DNA from: Patescibacteria group bacterium
Lineage (GTDB): Bacteria; Chloroflexota; Limnocylindria; Limnocylindrales; CSP1-4
Direction: 5' to 3'
Assembly: GCA_035606295.1 (NCBI GenBank)
Contig: DATNFQ010000126.1
Location: 1 to 25,190 of the forward strand
DNA length: 25,190 bases
In this document: positions 1 to 8,520 of the stretch, piece after piece
Numbering within the stretch: position 1 is the stretch's first letter
How the letters are laid out: each line of letters begins with the position of its first letter
The notes under the pieces: generated by a model
Told to the model about the DNA's origin: nothing
Database searches by the model: none
Seen by the model: the letters and a program-made list of their open reading frames with translations, nothing else
Made by a program: the position numbers and the translations under genes

Positions 1-495
1 GCCTGCCGAGGGAACGGGCAGCCACGCGCGATGTGCTGCCACTGACGACGAACGGTCACGTTGTACTGATGTCCCGTTCCGGACCGCGACGACGATGTCC
101 GCGGGTGCGGACGCGGCTCGCTGTGCCCGGCTCCGCGGCGCCGCCGTGTCGAGCCAGCTCGCGAGATCGAGCGCGGCAGGTGCGTCGTCCGGACCTGATG
201 CCGCGACGGCGACGCGCCGCTGATCACCGTCGGAGACCACGGCGGCGCGTTGCGCCCCGGCGATCCGCGCCAGCAGATCGAGAAGGCCCGCCAGCCGCGC
301 CTCGGCAGGATCGCCCGAGGCCAGGATGTCGAGGGCCATCGCGAGCATGCGCCGCTCTGCGTCGGCGACGCGGTCCTCCGCGCGACGCGACGCGCGCCGA
401 CGGTCGACGAACGGTCGAGGTCGGGCGATCGTCGGACCCAGGGACGGAAGGGATCGGGGAGCTGTGGAAGGCTCCGTGGTGCGGGGCTCGGTCAT
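1..495 (-). CDS. Hypothetical protein, N-terminal part only (runs off the left edge); possibly the sensory N-terminus of a signalling protein
   Basis: Translated by hand because it is absent from the ORF track (no stop in the window). ATG at 495 preceded by GGAG; open for 165 codons to position 1: MTEPRTTEPSTAPRSLPSLGPTIARPRPFVDRRRASRRAEDRVADAERRMLAMALDILASGDPAEARLAGLLDLLARIAGAQRAAVVSDGDQRRVAVAASG... Codons are GC3-rich. The + strand ORFs here are Arg/Pro-rich shadows. Confidence 0.65.
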   Translation of the reverse strand, partial: MTEPRTTEPSTAPRSLPSLGPTIARPRPFVDRRRASRRAEDRVADAERRMLAMALDILASGDPAEARLAGLLDLLARIAGAQRAAVVSDGDQRRVAVAASGPDDAPAALDLASWLDTAAPRSRAQRAASAPADIVVAVRNGTSVQRDRSSSVAAHRAWLPVPSAG

Positions 496-583
496 GTGGC
501 TCCGATGGTCGACGGTGGTGCGTGGAGGCGACATCCCCCGAGCAGCGCGCTCAGCCGGCCGAAGGTACCGGCACGCTCGGGAG

Positions 584-934
584 CTACGTGGTGCGCGTGC
601 CGCTCCGGACCGGTCGGCCGAGCGTGCGGCGCACCACGTCGACGACCTCGTCGACGTACTGATCCGCCTCGCCGCGCTCTGCTGCCGTGCGTACGCAGCC
701 CTGGACGTGGTCCTCCAGGATGAGGATCGACAGGGCGTCGACCGCGGCGCGCAGTGCGGCGGTCTGCTGGAGGATGTCGACGCAGTACTCCTCGCGCTCG
801 ATCATCCGGGCGATCCCGCGGACCTGCCCCTCCATGCGTGACAGACGGCGCATGAGCTGCGCCGTGTCCTTGGCATAGCTGTGGCGGAAGTGGCTCGGGT
901 CGGGCGGCGGCGTTCGTCGCGCGGTCGTCGGCAT
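584..934 (-). CDS. csoR: CsoR/RcnR-family metal-sensing transcriptional repressor
   Basis: RRLSRMEGQVRGIARMIEREEYCVDILQQTAALRAAVDALSILILEDHVQGCV carries the Cys...His-x3-Cys pattern of Cu(I)-sensing CsoR. The start is placed at ATG 934, which is preceded by a TATCAT -10 box 7 nt upstream. Confidence 0.9.
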   Translation of the reverse strand: MPTTARRTPPPDPSHFRHSYAKDTAQLMRRLSRMEGQVRGIARMIEREEYCVDILQQTAALRAAVDALSILILEDHVQGCVRTAAERGEADQYVDEVVDVVRRTLGRPVRSGTRTT

Positions 935-943
935 GGCCGCGAT

Positions 944-962
944 GATACCCCTAGGGGGTATC
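944..962. promoter_or_regulatory. CsoR-type operator overlapping the csoR -10 box
   Basis: Perfect 8-bp inverted repeat GATACCCC-TAG-GGGGTATC. It has the TAC/C-tract/G-tract/GTA form of known CsoR/RcnR operators and overlaps TATCAT (minus strand, 942-947). Confidence 0.8.
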
Positions 963-1039
963 GGTCGCAACGCATCCCCGGCGTCGATCGGCCTCGAGCC
1001 GCCGCCGGGTCCACGCTCGCTCGGGTAGACTGCGCCTAC

Positions 1040-1570
1040 ATGGACTCCGCTACCCCGTTCGCCCATGCCAGCGAAGCGGAGATGGCTCGCATCCTCGACT
1101 TCTATCAGGTCCGCTGGGAGTACGAGCCACACACCTTCCCGATCCTGTGGAACCTCGACGGTGCCGTCGTGGAGAGCTTCTCGCCCGATTTCTACCTGCC
1201 CGACCTCGACCTCTACCTCGAGATGACGACGCTCCGTCAGAAGCTCGTGCGGAAGAAGAATCGGAAGCTGCGCCGCCTGCGTGAGCTCTACCCGTCGATC
1301 AACATCAAGCTCTTCTACGCACGCGATTTCCGAGCCCTCATGCTGAAGTACGGGAAGCTGGCGCTGGTCGACGGATTGTCCGGTTCGTCCGGCCAGGTCG
1401 CAGCACCGTACGCGACCGGATCGAGCGGGTCGGACGCTGTCGAGCCGGATCCGGCGACCCGACCGGCCGCTGCCTCGCCGCTCGCCGCAGCGAGCATCGG
1501 GACCGGCAGACGGCGACGGCAGCGTGTCCCAGCGAAGGCTCCGACCGTCGAACCTGAGACGTCCGCTTGA
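1040..1570 (+). CDS. Uncharacterised PD-(D/E)xK-like (T7 endonuclease I/TnsA-N-like) nuclease-fold protein with a low-complexity C-terminal tail
   Basis: SEAEMARILDFYQVRWEYEPHTF...FSPDFYLPDLDLYLEMTT...KKNRKLRRL gives E11/E13, P49-D50 and E61-x-T63. The start is set at ATG 1040 (TAGACT-N8-ATG); the upstream extension to 881 overlaps csoR and looks non-coding. Confidence 0.8.
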   Translation: MDSATPFAHASEAEMARILDFYQVRWEYEPHTFPILWNLDGAVVESFSPDFYLPDLDLYLEMTTLRQKLVRKKNRKLRRLRELYPSINIKLFYARDFRALMLKYGKLALVDGLSGSSGQVAAPYATGSSGSDAVEPDPATRPAAASPLAAASIGTGRRRRQRVPAKAPTVEPETSA

Positions 1571-2163
1571 TGACGGGTCGCGTCGTCGACCTCCACGCGG
1601 ACATCGCCGAGATCCTTCTGACTGAGGAGCAGATCTCGACGCGCGTCGCCGAGCTCGGCTCCCGGATCAGTGCCGACTATCAGGGCCGCACGCTCACGCT
1701 CGTCTCGGTGCTCAAGGGATCGCTACCGTTCATGGCCGATCTGATGCGTGCCATCGACCTGCCGCTGCGCATCGACCTGATGGAGGTCAGCTCGTACGGC
1801 GGTGCGACGACCGAGTCGTCGGGCCTCGTCCGGATCCTCAAGGACCTGTCCGCGAGCATCGCGGGCGAGGACGTGCTCATCGTCGAAGACATCATCGATA
1901 CGGGCCTGACCCTGAACTACCTGATTCGCTACCTGCGCGGCAAGAACCCCGCGACCCTGCGCATCTGCACGTTGCTCGACAAACCCGCGCGCCGCCTCGT
2001 CGAGATCCCCGTCGACTACATCGGATTCCAGATCCCGGACCAGTTCGTCATCGGCTACGGGCTCGACTACGGGGAGGTGTACCGGAACCTCAGGTATGTC
2101 GGCGTGCTCAAGCCAGAGGTGTACGGCGCGGCGGCGGAGCCGGGGGAGGCCGTCGAGGCGTGA
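1570..2163 (+). CDS. hpt: Hypoxanthine(-guanine) phosphoribosyltransferase
   Basis: VSVLKGSLPFMADL, EVSSYG, PRPP-binding VLIVEDIIDTGLT, LLDKPARR and FVIGYGLDYGEVYRNL. The ATG overlaps the upstream TGA (TGATG). Confidence 0.97.
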   Translation: MTGRVVDLHADIAEILLTEEQISTRVAELGSRISADYQGRTLTLVSVLKGSLPFMADLMRAIDLPLRIDLMEVSSYGGATTESSGLVRILKDLSASIAGEDVLIVEDIIDTGLTLNYLIRYLRGKNPATLRICTLLDKPARRLVEIPVDYIGFQIPDQFVIGYGLDYGEVYRNLRYVGVLKPEVYGAAAEPGEAVEA

Positions 2164-2606
2164 CGATGCACCGGCGGCCCCTGGGCGGGGGCCGGACCAT
2201 GGCCGCGATCGGCGGCGTGGTCGTCCTGATCGGTTGCCTGTTGCCGTGGTGGCAACTCGAGCAGCCCGGCGGCGGGCTGCCGCCGCTCTCCGGCAACGGC
2301 CTCGAAGGGAGCGGGATCCTCGCGCTCCTCGTCGGCGTCGCGACGCTCCTCCTCGTAGCGCTGCCCTACGCGGTCGGCGACCGCCCGACCCCGATCGATC
2401 GATGGGAGGCGTTCGCGTTCCTGGCCATCGTCGGCTGGATCGGTCTCGGCTGGCGGATCTTCGAGCTGTTCGGCCTTGGGGCGTTCCGGTTCAACTCGCC
2501 ACTCGAGGTCTTCACCAACGGTCCGGGCCTGTGGATCACCGGCATCGGCCTGGCCATCCTGTCACGGGCCGTATTCGTGATGACGCGCGAGCCGCATTAC
2601 CGCTGA
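2160..2606 (+). CDS. Hypothetical integral membrane protein, about 4 TM helices
   Basis: Four hydrophobic segments (AAIGGVVVLIGCLLPWW; GILALLVGVATLLLVALPYAV; AFAFLAIVGWIGLGWRIFELF; GLWITGIGLAILSRAVFVM). The GTG overlaps the hpt stop (GTGA); alternative ATG starts are 2166 and 2199. Confidence 0.8.
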   Translation: MTMHRRPLGGGRTMAAIGGVVVLIGCLLPWWQLEQPGGGLPPLSGNGLEGSGILALLVGVATLLLVALPYAVGDRPTPIDRWEAFAFLAIVGWIGLGWRIFELFGLGAFRFNSPLEVFTNGPGLWITGIGLAILSRAVFVMTREPHYR

Positions 2607-2633
2607 CGTCGGAACTGGGGTCAGCGCGTTTCC

Positions 2634-4115
2634 CTAGCGAGCGGCGCTGACCGGCACGCGACCCGAGGCTACGACCAGATCGAGCCTGTCGCTCGCGGCC
2701 TCGATCAGCGCGGGGTCATGAGTCGTGGCGAGGACCGTCACACGCCCGTCGAGCCCTGCGAGCAAGCGGGCGACCGCCCGTGCTCCCGCGCGATCGAGCG
2801 CGGCGGTCGGCTCGTCGAGGATGAGCAGGTCGGGACCCGTCGCGAGTGCGCGCGCCAGCGCGACCCGGAGCCGCTCTCCGGCTGACAGGCCGTCCGGTGC
2901 TCGATCCAGGTGCTCGCCAAGCCCGACCACATCGAGCGCCTCGACGGCGCGGGGCCGCGCATCATCGGGGTCGACACCGCGGATCGCCAGGCCGAGCTCG
3001 ACGTTTTCGCGAGCCGTCAGGAACGGGACGAGGTCGCGCACCTGGTCGACGATCCCGATCCGTCTCGCTCGCAATCGGGCGAGCGCGTCACGATCCAGCG
3101 TCGCGAGGTCGACGCCGAGCGTCGTGACGCGGCCTTCGGTCGGCCGGTCGAGACCGGATACGAGGCGGAGCAACGTCGACTTGCCGCTCCCCGACGGCCC
3201 GGTGACGACGTGGAACCGGCCCGCCCCGAACGCGACGCTCGTCGGTGGCAGCCCGAGCATCGATGTCGAGCCCGCCCCGTAGCGTCGGGCGGCCCGCTCG
3301 AGGACGACCGCGTCCTCGCCGTCATCGGGTCGGACGGCGGATGACAACGGGGTCGACGGTTCGGGCAAGGGGGGCGCCAGCCAGCCCTGGGCATCGCGGA
3401 CCTGCACCGAAGGCGTGCCCGGACCACCGATCCGTTCCGCGACCGCCCGCCCGTCCGCGACGTGGACGACGCGGTCGGCGACCCGTTCGACCAGCTCGTC
3501 ATGAGTCACGACCACGCACGTCGTGCCCTCGGCGCGAACGAGGTCGCGCAACACGCCGAGGATCGTTTCGGCGGTGGTGGCGTCGAGCTCGCCGGTGGGT
3601 TCGTCGGCAAGCAGGAGCGGCGGTCGAGTCGCGAGGGCGACCGCGAACGCGATGCGCTGCTGCTCCCCGCCGGAAAGCTGGTGGCGGAGCGCGTCGCCAC
3701 GACCCGGCAGCCCGATGCGGTCCAGGAGCTCGTCGACCCGGCGCTTGCGTTCCGCCGCAGGAACGCCGCGCAGAGCGAGCGGCAGGGCGATCGCATCGGC
3801 GACCCGTAGATATGGCGACAGCGCCCGACGGTAATGCTGCTCGACGACACCGACGTGTTCTCGCCGATGGCGATCGAGATCGCGATCGGAGGCATCGGTC
3901 AGGTCGGCGCCGAGCACGACCAGCCGACCGGCGGATGGCCGATCGAGACCGGCGATGAGCCGCAGCAGCGTCGACTTGCCCGAGCCGGATGGCCCGATCA
4001 CGGCCGCCACCTCGCCCTCGCCGACCGTGATGTCGAGGCCGCGCAGTGCCGCGACAGGTCCGCCGGGGGTCCGATGGATCCGGATGAGCCCGTTGCCGAC
4101 GACCGCCTCAGCCAT
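2634..4115 (-). CDS. ABC transporter ATP-binding protein with two tandem LolD/MacB-type NBDs
   Basis: Two GPSGSGKST Walker A motifs, signatures LSGGEQQR and LSAGERLR, Walker B LLLADEPT and LLILDEPT, H-loops VTHD and TTHD. ATG 4115 overlaps the permease stop by 8 bp. Confidence 0.92.
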   Translation of the reverse strand: MAEAVVGNGLIRIHRTPGGPVAALRGLDITVGEGEVAAVIGPSGSGKSTLLRLIAGLDRPSAGRLVVLGADLTDASDRDLDRHRREHVGVVEQHYRRALSPYLRVADAIALPLALRGVPAAERKRRVDELLDRIGLPGRGDALRHQLSGGEQQRIAFAVALATRPPLLLADEPTGELDATTAETILGVLRDLVRAEGTTCVVVTHDELVERVADRVVHVADGRAVAERIGGPGTPSVQVRDAQGWLAPPLPEPSTPLSSAVRPDDGEDAVVLERAARRYGAGSTSMLGLPPTSVAFGAGRFHVVTGPSGSGKSTLLRLVSGLDRPTEGRVTTLGVDLATLDRDALARLRARRIGIVDQVRDLVPFLTARENVELGLAIRGVDPDDARPRAVEALDVVGLGEHLDRAPDGLSAGERLRVALARALATGPDLLILDEPTAALDRAGARAVARLLAGLDGRVTVLATTHDPALIEAASDRLDLVVASGRVPVSAAR

Positions 4116-7100
4116 CGATCCGCTCCGTCCCCGCGGTCCAGGCGCTGCGTCGGCGCGTCGCCCGTCCACCGCGTCGCTCGCCGAGCGTCGACCGACCGTA
4201 TGTCCGTGCGGCCAGGACCGCGACCGTGCCGAGCACGATCACGAGCACCCCGACGACCAGGGCCCCGATCTGGAGCGGCGGCAGCGCGACGACCAGCGGC
4301 GGGATCGGTAGACGGCCCTCGGCGTCGATCGCGAGCGCGCCCGTCACGGTGACCGCGAGTGCAAGCCCCGCGACGAGGCCGGCGATACAGCCCCCGATCG
4401 CCAGCCACGCCGTCCGCGCGAGCGCGTGCCAGCGGAGCGCCGAGGGTGGGACGCCCTGTGCCTCGAGGTCGGCCAGCTCGCCGCGTTCGTCGCGGAGATC
4501 CGTGATGGCGCCCATCACGAGCGCACCGATGGACAGCGTCAGACCGGCCAGCGCCGCCACGATCTGCGCCCAGACGATCGCCTGGGTCAGTGGGTCGCCT
4601 GCCTGTTGCGCGACGAGGTCCGAACGTGCGGTCACCTGGGCGAAGCGGAACGGCGGCTTGGCGAGCGCGGCTCGGACCTCGGCCTGGCGCTTCGGATCGG
4701 GGACGCTGAGCCACATCTCCGAAGGACGGCCGGATCCGGGGACGGCCGAGGCGAGCGCGACGATGAACGGGTCGAGCGGCACGATGACGAAGCGGGGATC
4801 CGGCTCGACGACCGTCGGAGCGCGGTCGGCCGTCGCGACGACGCGGATCGGGATGGTGCCGCTCCCTACGTGCAGGTCGAGCGTGCCGTCGGGCTTCGTC
4901 TCCTTCGCGAGGTCGCGGCTGACGACCGCCGGCAGGACGAGCCCATCGGTCGCCTGTGGTGCTTTGATGATGTGGACATCCACCGCGAAGATCTCGAGCG
5001 GGATCGGACGCTCGTCGACGAGCCCGTCGAGGCCCTCGAAGCTGACGGTCGATCGGTAGACGCCGAACTCATGGCCGGAGCCAGCAACGAGCTGGGCGTT
5101 GTAGAAGACGAGGGCTGTGAGTCGGCCGCCGATGGCGCTCTTCGGCAGGGGCGCGCTGGCGCGCGTCATCCCGTCATCGATGGTGCCGAGCGGGATGCGG
5201 ACGGTGTCACCTTCGTCCGTCCAGATGACCGCGTCGAGTTTGAGCGGTTCGCCGTTGTAGCGGAATCGCAGATCGAGCTCCGGGCTGCCCTCCGGCAGGC
5301 GGTGCCCGGCCACGTTCCAGCCGCCGGCCGGCTCGTCGACGTGGAGCCGCGTCGCCATCTCCTGAACCGGTGTCGCCGAGAAGTCGGGGCGCCAGCCTGG
5401 GAGGGTCGGCAGGACGGCCGGGTCGATGCCGACGATGTCGACCCGGCCGCCCGGTCCGGAGGTGCTGCCCTCGTGGAAGACCGGGATGGCGGTCACATCG
5501 GCACCGAGCTTGGCGTACCTGTCGACCGGCACGACGGAGGGGGCGATCGACAGACCCGTCCCGAGCTCGGTGACACGCAAGTCCAGCCCCGAGCGGTAGG
5601 CAGCCGCATCGTCGATACCGGCGCGGAGCGTCGCCGACCAGCACGTCGCGAAGACGATCGCGCCGATGCTGAATGCCAGCAGCGTCAGCGTCGCGGCGGG
5701 CCGACCCGGATCACGCGACAGGGACAGCAGCGAGAGGCGCAGGGCCAGTGGCGCGCGGCGCGACCGTCGGGTGATCGCGCGGAGCAGTGGCGGCATCGCC
5801 GTCGCCAGCAGCAATGCCGCGACGAATGCGAGGGCCGGCGGCAGGAGCACGACGACCGGGCTGCTGACAGATCGGGCAAGGGCCGCGGTATCCAGCGGCC
5901 CGGTCGACGCGAGCTGCCAGGCGAGCACGACGATCGCCGTCAGCACCATCGCGACGATGGTCCTGACGCCGCCACCCCATGACCGACCGGGTGCGGTCGC
6001 GAAGACCGTCGTGATCACGGCGACCACGATGACCAGGAACGCCGCCGCCAGGGCACCCGGCGCCAGTATCGCGCCCGAGACGATCGCGACCGGATCAGCT
6101 GACGCCCAGCTCGCGAGGAATGCGACGACGAGCGCTCCACCGATCCAGCCGATGACGCCACCGATCACGGCGGGGATGCCGGCTTCGAGCACGAGGAACG
6201 TGATGCGGTCGCGCCGACGAGCACCGACGGCGGTGAGCCGGGCGACCTCGGCCGCGACATCATCGCGCACGACAAGCGCCAGGAAGACGGCGAAGGCGAG
6301 CAGGATGGCGACCCCGAGCGAGCCGATGAGGAGCAGGCGCGCGGACGAGGCGTCGGCCAGCCCGAGCGCCGCTGTGATCTGGGTCAGCGGACTTTCGACG
6401 CTATACGCCGGGTCGCCTGCGAGGAGGTCGCGGGTCATGCCCTCGACCGCATCGCGAAACGACGCGGCCGTCCAGGGGTGGATCGCGGCGACGTCGACAG
6501 GTGCCGTCCAGACGTACGTCCGTCCTGTCACGTCCAAGGCCGGCATGTGCGAGACAGCGTCGACGCCGTTGACGAGAAGGACCGCCGGGCTGCGTCGCCC
6601 GGTCTGATAGTCACCGCCCCCGATCGTCGCCTCCCCGAAAGGACCGCGCTGGTCCAGGTCGCCGAACGGGACCGCCGGGTCGATGATCCCGCGCCCGACG
6701 ATCGTCAGGTGGAGGTTCGGGGCGGGTCGCGCCGAGGTGAAATCGAAGTCCGGTTCCGACTCGGACAGGAGCATCGCCTCGCAGGCCGAGCCGTCGGCGC
6801 ACGGTCTGGGCAACCGGCCCTGGACGACGCTCACGAGCGGATCCGGCTGATCGACCGCGACGACGAGCTCGAACAGCGGCTGGTCAAGGTCGAGGAGCTC
6901 GCGGGTAAGGACGCCGCGGACCGGGGGCGTGGTCAGGCCGCCGAGATGCTCCTGGATCCCGGCGTCGGTGCGCGACATGATGGCGTCGTAGTCGGTCGCC
7001 GTCGGGGCGAAGCGCGAGATGCGGACGAGCGGCCGATCGACACCCTCACCCGCGAGGGTCCGCGCGACGGTCGCGTCGGCGGCGACGAGGCCGATGCCCG

Positions 7101-7212
7101 TGACGATCGCGATCAGCGCCGCTGCGGCCCCGACCGCTGCCATCGATATGAGCGCGGTCGCGCCGCGACGGCGGAGGCGTGCCAGGACCAGCGACACGAT
7201 CGGGGCGGCCAT
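4108..7212 (-). CDS. Large FtsX/MacB-family ABC permease with two FtsX modules
   Basis: N-terminal TM, large extracytoplasmic domain, TM cluster with EVARLTAVGARR, second extracytoplasmic domain, and a second TM cluster with RGELADLEAQGV. The start is placed at ATG 7212 (TACCAT-N6-ATG). Confidence 0.9.
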   Translation of the reverse strand: MAAPIVSLVLARLRRRGATALISMAAVGAAAALIAIVTGIGLVAADATVARTLAGEGVDRPLVRISRFAPTATDYDAIMSRTDAGIQEHLGGLTTPPVRGVLTRELLDLDQPLFELVVAVDQPDPLVSVVQGRLPRPCADGSACEAMLLSESEPDFDFTSARPAPNLHLTIVGRGIIDPAVPFGDLDQRGPFGEATIGGGDYQTGRRSPAVLLVNGVDAVSHMPALDVTGRTYVWTAPVDVAAIHPWTAASFRDAVEGMTRDLLAGDPAYSVESPLTQITAALGLADASSARLLLIGSLGVAILLAFAVFLALVVRDDVAAEVARLTAVGARRRDRITFLVLEAGIPAVIGGVIGWIGGALVVAFLASWASADPVAIVSGAILAPGALAAAFLVIVVAVITTVFATAPGRSWGGGVRTIVAMVLTAIVVLAWQLASTGPLDTAALARSVSSPVVVLLPPALAFVAALLLATAMPPLLRAITRRSRRAPLALRLSLLSLSRDPGRPAATLTLLAFSIGAIVFATCWSATLRAGIDDAAAYRSGLDLRVTELGTGLSIAPSVVPVDRYAKLGADVTAIPVFHEGSTSGPGGRVDIVGIDPAVLPTLPGWRPDFSATPVQEMATRLHVDEPAGGWNVAGHRLPEGSPELDLRFRYNGEPLKLDAVIWTDEGDTVRIPLGTIDDGMTRASAPLPKSAIGGRLTALVFYNAQLVAGSGHEFGVYRSTVSFEGLDGLVDERPIPLEIFAVDVHIIKAPQATDGLVLPAVVSRDLAKETKPDGTLDLHVGSGTIPIRVVATADRAPTVVEPDPRFVIVPLDPFIVALASAVPGSGRPSEMWLSVPDPKRQAEVRAALAKPPFRFAQVTARSDLVAQQAGDPLTQAIVWAQIVAALAGLTLSIGALVMGAITDLRDERGELADLEAQGVPPSALRWHALARTAWLAIGGCIAGLVAGLALAVTVTGALAIDAEGRLPIPPLVVALPPLQIGALVVGVLVIVLGTVAVLAARTYGRSTLGERRGGRATRRRSAWTAGTERIDG

Positions 7213-7218
7213 CGCCGG

Positions 7219-7254
7219 ATGGTAACGTATCAATGCCGATGGATACCGTTACAT
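7219..7254. promoter_or_regulatory. Imperfect inverted repeat over divergent promoters; candidate operator
   Basis: GTAACGTATC (7222-7231) pairs with GATACCGTTAC (7242-7252) with a 1-nt bulge. It is an AT-rich patch overlapping -10-like TACCAT (minus, 7219-7224) and TAACGT (plus, 7223-7228). Confidence 0.5.
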
Positions 7255-7802
7255 GGCAGCTCGGGACCGACGCCGCGCTCGCGCTGGCCAACAGCCTCCA
7301 CGGGCCTGGCGCCCATTACCGCCGGCGCGCCCGGGACGGCGAACCGCCACATGACCACCTCGACACGCCCGCGCGCGCCGTCGACTTCCTGACGACGCAC
7401 GCGATCCCCGACCCCGGCCGTGCACCGACCGAGGGCCAGCTCGCGCGCCTGCGCTCGCTCCGGGCCTCGATCCGCGCGCTCGCCGACGATCCATCCTTCG
7501 ACCCGCTCGCGTGGCGGAGCGCGATGGACGCCGCGCTCGCGGGCGTCGACTACCGGCTTCGCGCCGACGGGTCGATGCGCTCGCCGGCGACCGGCTGGGA
7601 TGGCGTCACCGATGACCTGCTGCCAGCCGCGCTGGCGCTGGCCGAGGAGCGCGACCGGCTCCGGCGCTGCGGCAATCCACGTTGTCGGTGGCTGTTCGTC
7701 GACCGGTCCCGCAAGCAGAACCGGATCTGGTGCGAGGCGGCCGTCTGCGGGAATCGGATGCGCGTCGGCCGTCATCGACAGCGTCCATCGGCGGCGGACT
7801 GA
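7233..7802 (+). CDS. ABATE/CGNR zinc-finger domain protein (putative regulator)
   Basis: C-terminal RLRRCGNPRCRWLFVDRSRKQNRIWCEAAVCGNRMRVGRHR and N-terminal ALALANSL. An alternative start is ATG 7239. Confidence 0.9.
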   Translation: MPMDTVTWQLGTDAALALANSLHGPGAHYRRRARDGEPPHDHLDTPARAVDFLTTHAIPDPGRAPTEGQLARLRSLRASIRALADDPSFDPLAWRSAMDAALAGVDYRLRADGSMRSPATGWDGVTDDLLPAALALAEERDRLRRCGNPRCRWLFVDRSRKQNRIWCEAAVCGNRMRVGRHRQRPSAAD

Positions 7803-7806
7803 CGGT

Positions 7807-8517
7807 CTAGCCTCCGAGGTAGGCCTTCTGGACCTCGGGGTTCGTCATCAGCCGGTCGGCCACGTCCTGGAGCACAATCTCGCCAGTCTGCAGGATATAG
7901 CCGCGCTTGGCGATGCCCAGGGCCATGAGCGCGTTCTGCTCGACGAGGAGCACCGTCGTCCCCGAGGCGTTGATGTCCTTGACGATCTCGAAGATCTGTT
8001 CGACGAGGATCGGCGCGAGGCCCATCGACGGCTCGTCGAGGAGCAGGACCTTGGGGCGCGCCATGAGTGCGCGGCCGATGGCGAGCATCTGCTGCTCGCC
8101 GCCGGACAGCGTGCCGCCCTTCTGGTTGAGCCGTTCCTTCAACCGCGGGAAGAGCGTATAGACACGTTCGAAATCGGCGTCCCGCTCGCTGCCCTTCTCG
8201 CGCTGGAATGCGCCCATCTCGAGGTTCTCGCGAACGGTCATACGCGGGAAGATCCGACGCCCCTCGGGCGCCTGCGAGATGCCGAGGACCACGACCTGGT
8301 GGGCGGGTGTCCCGTCCAGCCGCTTCCCGTCGAACCAGATCTCGCCTTCGCGCGGTCGGAGTAACCCACTGATCGTCTTGAGCGTGGTCGACTTGCCGGC
8401 GCCGTTCGAGCCGATCAGCGTCACGATCTCGCCCTGATCGATGGTCAGCGAGATGCCCTTGAGGGCGTGGATGTTGCCGTAGTAGGTGTGGACGTCGCGG
8501 AGCTCCAGGAGGGCCAT
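7807..8517 (-). CDS. livF: Branched-chain amino acid ABC transporter ATP-binding protein
   Basis: GSNGAGKST, QAPEGRRIFPRMTVRENL, LSGGEQQMLAIGRALM, LLLDEPSMGLAP, VLLVEQNA. Confidence 0.95.
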   Translation of the reverse strand: MALLELRDVHTYYGNIHALKGISLTIDQGEIVTLIGSNGAGKSTTLKTISGLLRPREGEIWFDGKRLDGTPAHQVVVLGISQAPEGRRIFPRMTVRENLEMGAFQREKGSERDADFERVYTLFPRLKERLNQKGGTLSGGEQQMLAIGRALMARPKVLLLDEPSMGLAPILVEQIFEIVKDINASGTTVLLVEQNALMALGIAKRGYILQTGEIVLQDVADRLMTNPEVQKAYLGG

Positions 8518-8520
8518 GGG

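Noticed and set aside
881-1039. N-terminal extensions given by the ORF track (881, 1132, 4169, 7179, 13068, 16786, 18530, 18606, 23477, 23896)
   Set aside because: They overlap neighbouring genes or promoters and lack protein-like composition. Downstream starts fit SD or -10 signals and stop/start overlaps better.
4426-5982. 518-aa + strand ORF, plus other long antisense ORFs such as 15206-17266 (686 aa, minus) and 19076-20167 (minus)
   Set aside because: They lie opposite well-supported genes, are Arg/Gly/Pro-rich and have no motifs. Long stop-free shadow frames are expected at this GC content.
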